Shown here one piece after another: positions 55,715-64,000 of a DNA stretch of 64,000 nucleotides. This DNA is from Macrostomum lignano (Eukaryota): assembly GCA_002269645.1 (NCBI GenBank), contig NIVC01000380.1, positions 186,001 to 250,000 on the forward strand, in the 5' to 3' direction. Within the stretch, counting starts at the first letter, position 1. Every line of letters starts with the position of its first letter. Below the pieces are notes generated by a model. It did not search any database, had not been told where the DNA came from, and saw only the letters and a list, made by a program, of their open reading frames with translations. The translations under genes and the position numbers were made by a program.

Positions 55715-58451
55715 ATGAGCAGCGGTGTCAGGCCCAACAGCGCAACAGGCAGCAGTCAGCACCAAGTAGACAGTGTGCTGTCAGCAGCTGTGTACTCCCA
55801 TCTGCAGCGACTGGTGGGCACCGCTGCGGCCAAACTTCGAACCGAGAGCGAATCGATTGACGAATCGTCTGAGAAAGCCGCGGTTGGTGGTTCTCCGATT
55901 AGCTGTTGATGAATAATATTATTGTGTATTACAGATAAGAAACGATTGGGATTAAAGTTCAGGAACCAATATGATTAGAGATTAGGAACCATTAGGATTA
56001 GAGATTAGGAACTATGAGGATTAGCGATAAGGAACTATAAGGATTAGCGATAAGGAACTATGAGGATTAGAGATTATGAAGCATTAGAATTAGAGATTAG
56101 GAACAATAAGGATTAGAGATAAGAAACCATGAGGATTAGAGATTAGGAACCATGAGGATTAGAGATAAGAAACCATGAGGATTAGAGATTAGGAACCATA
56201 AGGATTAAGAGATTAGGAACCATGAGGATTAGAGATTAGGAACCATGAGGATTAGAGATAAGAAGTAGCCATGAGGATTATAGATTAGGAACCATGAGGA
56301 TTAGAGATTAGGAACCACTAGGATTAAAGATTAGGAACCATGAGGATTAAAGATAAGGAACAAAGAGTTAAAGTTTAGGAACGATTAGGATTAGAGATTA
56401 GAAACGATTAGGATTAGAGATTACGAAAGATTAGGATAGGATTAGAGATGTTAGGGACCGGCAGAAATGGTGACAACAGGTCATATAGCTTTAGGATTTT
56501 GTATCCAATTCAGCTTGCAATATCACAGTTCCACAGGCGCCTGGTCAGCAGATGGCTGGCAGCGCACCGCCTGAAAGAAGACGGGGCCAATGCCAAGCAA
56601 CAGAAGCAGACAGATTCTCCCGCACTGACGGCATCTCAGTCTGAATTGCTGGTCTCGCAGCTGCGCTCCTTGGTCAGGCAGGAGGCCAAGCTTCTGACAA
56701 AATGCGCTGGCGAACATCTTCAGTCGCCCGAACTGCGGGAGGCTGCAAGAAGAGAGAAGCTGAGGCTGCTAGATGAAGCTGCAGAAGCTGTCAGCAGTTT
56801 GGAGAAGGTACGGTTTGCTTTTTACGATTCAGATGGGGTATTGTACCTCGCAGACTGGTCGGGTACAATAGAGGGTCACATACTCTTCAGGAGGGTTACA
56901 GACTCTTCAAGAGGGTTACAGATTCTTCAGGGGGTCACAAACTCTTCAGGAGGGGTATAGGCTTGTCAGGAAGGTCAGACTCTTCAGGAGGGTTACAGAC
57001 TCTTCAGGAGGGTCACAGACTCTTCATGAGGGTTACAGACTCTTCAGGAGGGTCACAGACTCTTCAGGGGGGTTACAGACTCTTCATGAGGGTTACAGAC
57101 TCTTCATGAGGGTTACAGACTCTTCATGAGGGTTACAGACTCTTCAGGAGGGTTACAGACTCTTCAGGAGGGTTACAGACTCTTCAGGAGGGTTACAGAC
57201 TCTTCATGAGGGTTACAGACTCTTCATGAGGGTTACAGACTCTTCAGGAGGGTTACAGACTCTTCATGAGGGTTACAGACTCTTCATGAGGGTTACAGAC
57301 TCTTCATGAGGGTTACAGACTCTTCATGAGGGTTACAGACTCTTCAGGAGGGCTACAGACTCTTCAGGAGGGTTACAGCATATCAAAAATAGTGGTTACA
57401 GACACGCCAGGATGTCAGGAGAGGCGGGCTACAGACACGCCAGGATGTCAGGAGAGGCGGGCTACAGACACGCCAGGGTGTCAGGAGAGGCGGGCTACAG
57501 ACACGCCAGGGTGTCAGGAGAGGCGGGCTACAGACACGCCAGGATGTCAGGAGAGGCGGGCTACAGACACGCCAGGGTGTCAGGAGAGGCGGGCTACAGA
57601 CACGCCAGGGTGTCAGGAGAGGCGGGCTACAGACACGCCAGGGTGTCAGGAGAGGCGGGCTACAGACACGCCAGGATGTCAGGAGAGGCGGGCTACAGAC
57701 ACGCCAGGATGTCAGGAGAGGCGGGCTACAGACACGCCAGGATGTCAGGAGAGGCGGGCTACAGACACGCCAGGATGTCAGGAGAGGCGGGCTACAGACA
57801 CGCCAGGATGTCAGGAGAGGCGGGCTACAGACACGCCAGGATGTCAGGAGAGGCGGGCTACAGACACGCCAGAGTGTCAGCTGGTTTACCGTCAATTGTA
57901 AATTTAAGACTCGCACTTAAAACAAATTATCCACCCTGATGACAGTCTGTATCGCAGCTGACACAGTCGCTGTTGGATCTGGTGCCTGCAGCAGCCTCAA
58001 CTGACGCTGCCTCATCTTCCTTGGATCGCAGCTCCGTAGCCGCGACTCTATTGAGAGATTCCGAACGTCTGCGCTCTCATTGCGTCACTTTGTTAGTCAA
58101 ACTGAAGTTGGACACCTGCCAGGTGCGGCAGGCTACTTATAGCGCTGAGAGGTTGAAGAAACTGCAGGATGTGAGGTGAGTCGGCAGCAACGCCTACCTG
58201 CTTCATTTGGTGTTGATAAAAAAGGGAAAAAATTGCACGGCAAAAACCTTCCTCTGGCTTCCAGGTGCCGAATAGTCTCGCAACGGGCCGAGTTGCTAGA
58301 CGAAATCAATCGATTGAGGGAGATGTCGCTTCGCTACCAGGCGTCCGAGGCGCAGGCAGAGTACAGACGGCTGATGGCTGCTCAGGTTGAGCTGGGAAAG
58401 TCTGTGCAGCTGCTCAAGTACAGCCTGGGATATGACAGCTGCGACTCCTAG
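55715..58451 (+). CDS. HAUS4: HAUS augmin-like complex subunit 4-like protein, 288 aa
   Basis: Exons 55715-55882, 56514-56807, 57958-58175, 58265-58451; phases 0,0,2; 867 nt = 289 codons. C-terminal RLRSHCVTLLVKLKLDTCQVRQATYSAERLKKLQDVR resembles HAUS4 (KCKCMLMKLRMEELKILSDTYTVEKVEVHRLIR). Family assignment is from recalled sequence. Confidence 0.65.
55965..56445. repeat. 23-bp degenerate minisatellite in HAUS4-like intron 1
   Basis: Unit GAGGATTAGAGATTAGGAACCAT. Confidence 0.88.
56885..57378. repeat. 20-bp minisatellite in HAUS4-like intron 2
   Basis: Unit GACTCTTCA(G/T)GAGGGTTACA. Confidence 0.94.
57395..57877. repeat. 33-bp minisatellite in HAUS4-like intron 2
   Basis: Unit GACACGCCAGG(A/G)TGTCAGGAGAGGCGGGCTACA, about 14 copies. 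Confidence 0.96.
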
Positions 58452-58464
58452 CTGCTGCCAGTGA

Positions 58465-58656
58465 CTGTCTGTCTGTCTGTCTGTCTGTGTGTCTGTCTGT
58501 CTGTCTGTATATATATGAGAGCTGCGGCTCCTAGCTGCTGCCAGTGACTGTCTGTTTGTCTGGATATGACACCTGCGACTCCTAGCTGCTGCCAGTGACT
58601 GTCTGTCTGTCTGTCTGTCTTAGTGTCTGTCTGTCCGTCTGTCTCTGTCTGTCTCC

Positions 58657-58702
<46 letters not shown>

Positions 58703-58734
58703 CTCTGTCTGTCTCCGTCTGTCTGTCTGTCTCC

Positions 58735-58772
<38 letters not shown>
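58465..58772. repeat. (TCTG)n-rich region interleaved with copies of the HAUS4-like stop-codon segment
   Basis: Direct reading. Confidence 0.88.
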
Positions 58773-59304
58773 AATCACCGAGTCACACCTGGACGCTTTT
58801 TAATTTATAGAAAAGTTAGCATCGCAGGACTTAATCGGTGCTCGTAATCTCCGTTCTTTCTAGCTGTACTGGTTATTTTTCTAAATCAGTAGTTGTATTC
58901 TAAAAAGTGTTTATTATTTTTATAATCCTTTGACGTTAGCTCAAACAATTACGAGTTGCCATGAGTCGTACGTACCCAATACGCTATCTGTAAACCATCG
59001 CTTAAGCGGTTTTCAATTTCAAATATATCAATTTCACTGTCACTATCATGTCAAAAACTATGCATTTTTAAAAATAAATTTAATTAAAATCATTAAAAAA
59101 TGTATTTTATCGCTTTTTCAATAAGTTTTTATAAATCTGTCATTCGACTGTACATTGCCGTGTACATTGCTGTTTACATTGCCGTGTACACTGAGCTCTG
59201 CCGGAATGAGTGGGTGGAGCGGCACAACACTAGAACAAAGCAGACCAACTTCACATGCTCACAGTTTCCGCCCTGACTGAGTTACAGAGTTGAGACTTTA
59301 TATT

Positions 59305-59552
59305 TAGACACAGAATAAATCAATAAGGAATTTAGCCAAGTTTGAAGTCAATCGCTTCATGTGAAGCAAACTTATGGCAGCCGAAAGTTTGTCAATTTTA
59401 AAACCCCTTTTAAGGTAGCCTAAGACATTCTCCATAGTGAGTTTAGGTTGGGTGCAAAATTTGGTGTCATTTGGTTGAGCGGTTTGGGAGTTCATAGCGA
59501 AGTGATTTGTACACAGACAGACAGACAGAGTTTTAATTTTTATAGGTATAGA
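59305..59552 (-). mobile_element. Non-autonomous Helitron-like (Lep1-type) fragment
   Basis: Minus strand A|TCTATACCTATAAAAATTAAAACTCTGTCTGTCTGTCTGT...CCCAAACCGCTCAACCAAATGACACCAAATTTTG...TCTTAGGCTAC: 5'-TC start after A, (CTGT)n, and recalled Lep1-like blocks. Confidence 0.5.
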
Positions 59553-60387
59553 TAAGGGAATGCGTGAAACATGGTAGATCGTAGCCAATAGTCTGTCTCG
59601 TGCTTCACAGGCATGCTAAAACGCCATCGCTAGTCCAGCCCAGAGAACGCTGGGAGGACGGAGAACAGAAGATAAATAAAAAATTCCCATCCCATCTCAG
59701 TGGCAGCTGAGCCGCTAGAAAGCGGCAAACAGCCGCCAGAGCACGGGTGACTCTGGCCTGTTTGACGAGAGCAACGCCAACCCGGAGATGCCTGACAACC
59801 GGTGGCTGGAGAGACGGCTTGTAGTGTACAAGGTGGTGGCTAACGGGAGCGGAAAGCTATTCAGACTTGATATTTTGTCGTCTCCCCAAATTCATCCAAC
59901 GCAACCACTGTAGCCGTGCACCTCCACTAATAACCCACGCCGCTGCGACCTAGCAATCCGCTAGCTTTGCTGTACACGAACGCTCCAACAGCGGCAGGGG
60001 ATGGAGAACAAGCATGCTGCAACAGTCCCTAAGAGGACTATAATTCCCTCGGTAAAACTTGGCCAAAACAGAGAACAATTATATGGCAAATGTGAGGATT
60101 AGGGATAGTGTTCCATGTACTGTACGGTACATAATGAATGTATAGCAGTGGTCTACAACTTAATGCTGTGTAAAAATTGATTTCATAGTCTATATTAGGT
60201 GTAGATCTGCGGCTGTGGCGCCCAGATGGAGCGCACAAAACAGCGATGGTTTGAAATGCCTAATACGCCATGGCGCATCATCCAGTCGTCAGTTAACCTC
60301 GTGGAAAGCCTCTATATGGCGATGACTTCTCAATGGTGGTTGGCCGGGACTTTGCTTGGGTGCTGGATATGCATACCTGCGTCCTGA

Positions 60388-60565
60388 GCAGAGCGTTAGG
60401 ACGCTCTGGCGATCGATTTACTTGTACAGAATACACCAGGCGTTGGGACGCTCTCTGGCGATCGGTACATGTACAGAATGCACCAGGCGTTGGGACGCTC
60501 TCTGGCGATCGGTACATGTACAGAATGCACCAGGCGTTGGGACGCTCTGGCGATCGATATACAGA
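60388..60565. repeat. 47-bp tandem repeat, ~4 copies
   Basis: GCGTTGGGACGCTCTCTGGCGATCGGTACATGTACAGAATGCACCAG. Confidence 0.88.
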
Positions 60566-60673
60566 ATATACGTTGGGTCGCTAGATTGAATAGAGTCTTC
60601 GTAACAACCGAGGTGAGGGAACGGGGAAGCCAGACGAAAAACCAAATACTAAATAAAAAGGGGGCCCAAGCCC

Positions 60674-60786
60674 AGCCAATCAGCGCACCGCGCAGTGTAA
60701 GAGCTGAAAAACTGGACCTTAGAGGGAGGGGGGAGAGAAGAAAAAGACTGGAATGACTGGCCAATCAGCGCGTAGAAAGGCCAATG
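60674..60786 (+). promoter_or_regulatory. Cluster of three CCAAT (NF-Y-type) boxes
   Basis: AGCCAATCAG (60674), GGCCAATCAG (60759), GGCCAATG (60779) in GC-rich context; function not shown. Confidence 0.3.
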
Positions 60787-60984
60787 TGAGGGAAAGCCGG
60801 GGTCGCAAACAGTGGGTGCGGTGCGAGAGAGAGAAAAAACCCAGCTAACCGACTAGCGACAAGTCAGGTCATTCAGCCAAAACAAGTGCGCGTACAGGCA
60901 CGTGCGTCCTGAATGTATCACAACACAAATTCACACGAGTTCACATTTTACTAGTTACGAGTCCAGCAGTTGTTGAGCTGCTCC

Positions 60985-61957
60985 TCACGGCAGGGTGGCA
61001 AAGAAGTCTCGAATCTCGGTTTCGTTCATGTAGCTGCTGCCGATTGCGATGGCCCTGACCGAGCCTTTGAACAGATTGGCATCATTGTACCGCTTGCCGA
61101 ACCGAAAGCAGAACTTCGACAACGAAATAGAATCAGTAAAAGTTTGAAAATCGATGGCAGACATCGGCAAGAAGGAGCCGTTCACAAACATTCCATAAGA
61201 GTCCGTTGTCGGTGTCGATGTGAATCCGAAGTCAATCCACTCGCTGGCGTTCGGGGTGAGAATGGCTGACGACATGATGCTGTAACGTACAGAATTAGTA
61301 TCGTAGAAGATGACGTACAATCTTGATACTGAGGAATACTCCCAGATGTGGTGGTAGAAAGGTCCTGTGGCAAAGTTGGCGCAGTCTAAGAATTCAAACA
61401 GCGGCTGCACCTGTGGCTGCCGCTTCATCCTGAGCAGCACCGTGACGCCTGTGCCGAACCCGATGTCGCTCTTGTTCATGGCCAGAAACGAGCTGCTCCC
61501 ATCGAACGCGGCGCCCTCTTCTGTCCACTGGACTCCGACCGGATAAATTCGGTTGGTCTCTTCGTCAGCCTGGCACACGACATTCTCAAATGCAGACATG
61601 TCGTCTCCGAGCCACACGTTTGTGAGCTTCGGGTTGAGCTGAGCCGGATATTTGATCGGAAATCGGATGAGCACTCGGCAGTCGCTGCTCGCACCGCCAG
61701 AGACAAGATCGCGACTGGTAGCGGAAGAGACTGCAGCGGAGAGAGGCCGGCTCGAACTGGGCAACGACAATTCCGGATGGAAAGGCATCGGTCGCCTGCA
61801 TGCTGCAGTGCTGTTCCGTGAATGCCTTGGAGATGCGGAAGGCGGCAGCATCGGACAGGCAGTGCACCTGCATCTGAGTCCAGGTGTCTCCGGTCCTGCA
61901 CTGGCACACAGCCAGCAGGCACGACATGAACAGCGCGATTCCTAGAACTTTTGACAA
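60985..61957 (-). CDS. Secreted PAN/apple-like + LamG/concanavalin-like protein, interrupted by a frameshift near 61700-61720 (possible pseudogene)
   Basis: Frame A (61957-~61710): hydrophobic signal-like leader and Cys-spaced segment (VHC...HCS...RCSLF). Frame B (~61710-60985): FDGSSSFL...VTVLLRMK...EWIDFGFT...MFVNG...FRFGKRYNDANLFKGSVRAIAIGSSYMNETEIRDFF, a typical LamG-like beta-sandwich pattern. Confidence 0.6.
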
Positions 61958-62744
61958 CGAAATTGAAATTGAACAGGTGATTTCTTATCAAGTTTACATT
62001 CTACGAGTAATAATAGTCAGTCACTTTATTTTTTATTTACCTGCTCTCATTGTAAAGTTGAGTCGCACCAGCGTTTATTGCAAACAAATGCGTTGAGTTT
62101 CTTGTCTGAATTTGGTTTTCAATTAGTTGCTTTCTGCTAATAGTTTTTGAGTAGCTCTGTGTTAAAAACGTTTCTGCAAGCTTGCTGTTTCAAGTCCCAT
62201 TTTTCAAGTCCCGGTCGTTTATGGCGGCAATGATCCAGCAAGTGCGCCCGTGCGGAGCTGGAGGCAACACTCACTCCCACCTGCTAATTATCTTCCTCGC
62301 AACCAAGCAAGATAGAGATGTCCCCATGGGTACGTAGAGGCAAAAAGTTTTTGGTTTTAGTGGGGTTAAAAGGCCTATCTTTCAAAAGAATGCCTCATCA
62401 TCAAATAAATTGCAGCTGAAAATATCGGGAGTCTGTCATTGTTCTCTTCATCGTTTTTTTTCTGCCTCTCAATTTGACCAGTCCTCACACTGATGCGCAT
62501 TGAAAAAAAGGTTCTTTGCCCCAACCCCCAGACGATCGATCGATAAGCAGTGTTATAGTTAGCCTATAGGCGTGTTGAAACGGGCTGAAACGCAGGGCAG
62601 CCCACCCGCTACAATTATCTATGGCCGACTTCAATAAATAAAAAACTCGTATGCATATACTCGTAAGTATCTAGTTAATGTTTTTACAACTTGTATATTT
62701 CGAAAGTAAAGCTTAGTATTGGTTTTGTCAGCCTAACTGAGAAT

Positions 62745-62962
62745 AAAGCCATCCAAAGTGAGAATCCTGCCTACGCTGAATACGAAGGGCCTAGCTGCGT
62801 CCAGCCTAGTCTATGAGCCATAGACTATAAAGGACAAGCAAAGTTCACTGCCTTCGTATTCAGCGTAGGCAGGATTCTCACATTGGATGGCTTTTTATCA
62901 CTTTACTTGTCCTTTATTGTCTATGGCCCATAGACTAAGGCTGCACGCAGCCAGGCCCTTCG
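62745..62962. repeat. Interleaved double inverted repeat (A-B-A'-B')
   Basis: A 62745-62788 / A' 62851-62894 (43 of 44 complementary); B 62783-62843 / B' 62901-62962 (5 mismatches, 1 indel). Confidence 0.85.
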
Positions 62963-63689
62963 CTATTTTTTCGATTCACAAAATTAGGAGTTTTGGCCAT
63001 AGACAATTTCTCAGATTTCATTCTTTCTTTCTTTCTATAGAGTGCTAGTGCGAACATGTGGGGTCGCCCCCCCACCCCGCAAGGGGGCTCAGCGCCCCCT
63101 TGACCCCGCTTTCTTCTGACTTAGCCATAGACATTTTCAGCGGGCCGTGAAACCGACTGAATGCATTGGAGTAAATGGGATTTTACCATAGACAGTCTCA
63201 GCGGGCCGTGAAACGCGGTTTCACGCCTGCTAACTATAACACTAATATGGATGGGCTGCATCAATATTGGTATATTGCTCTGCCACATTCCGCAAATTAG
63301 GACGGTGGAATAAACTGTGCAGTCTAGCCTCTGCACAGCTAACAAAAACCCTCAACAGACAGATAGAGAGTTCAACTTATAGCTGATGAGAGGGGAGAGA
63401 CGACAACTCTCAAAACTATGAGAGTCTTGAGAGGAGAAAGGAGGGAAGAGAGCTGAAAAGAGACACAAGCCTTGAGCGGGCCGGATTGCAACTGTGAAGC
63501 TTTCTAGGGCCCGAGCGCCAAACAGACGGGCTTCGCGGATCGCATGTGGCCCTCGGGCCAGAGGTTGTCAACCACTCGGCATTATAGACAGTATAAACAT
63601 AGACAGGCCTAGTAGCTGACACGCTGAGAGGCTGGCAGGGGCGTCGCCATGGATTTTAAGGTGGGGGGACACAGCCCCCCCATTCATTT

Positions 63690-64000
63690 TAGCGCCGCAG
63701 GCACTCATTTTGGCACCGCAGGCTCTCATTTTAGCGCCACAGGCACTCATTTTAGAGCCGCAGGCACTCATTTTGGCACCGCAGGCACTCATTTTGGCAC
63801 CGCAGGCACTCCTTTTGGCGCCGCAGGCACTCATTTTGGCACCACAGGCACTCATTTTAGAGCCGCAGGCACTGATTTTGGCACCGCAGGCACTCATTTT
63901 GGCGCCGCAGGCACTCATTTTAGCGCCACAGACACTCATTTTAGAGCCGCAGGCACTCATTTTGGCACCGCAGGCACTCATTTTGGCACCGCAGGCACTC
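63690..64000. repeat. 21-bp minisatellite running off the window end
   Basis: Unit GCAGGCACTCATTTTGGCACC; preceded by GCAGGGGCGTCGCCATGG...GGGGGG. Confidence 0.94.

Overview
Eukaryotic (metazoan) genomic DNA with spliceosomal introns, GC-rich exons and introns filled with micro/minisatellites. This style suggests a free-living flatworm such as Macrostomum, which is inference only. I reconstructed six protein-coding loci by hand from GT/GC-AG junctions with matching phases. (1) 3' end of a SynGAP/DAB2IP/RASAL2-type RasGAP (<1-1903, +). (2) A five-exon clan-7 (CYP7/CYP8-like) cytochrome P450 with an in-frame TGA and a shortened heme loop (4771-8460, +). (3) A four-exon uncharacterised coiled-coil protein (16270-19448, +). 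(4) A complete ~2600-aa Piezo channel (27576-53326, +; 22 core exons plus two candidate micro-exons, GC-AG first intron). (5) A HAUS4/augmin-like gene (55715-58451, +). (6) A frameshifted secreted PAN-like + LamG/ConA-like gene (60985-61957, -). Most long ORFs in the supplied track are artefacts of tandem repeats. Other elements are a tRNA-headed CORE-type SINE, three copies of a second SINE-like family, Helitron-like termini, a duplicated foldback-type repeat and an interleaved double inverted repeat. Best leads are the natural substitutions at the Piezo inactivation gate and pore constriction, the Piezo exon bracketed by reverse-complementary intronic repeats, the one-minisatellite-per-intron architecture, and the TGA in the P450. 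No prokaryotic-type system (CRISPR, operon) is present.
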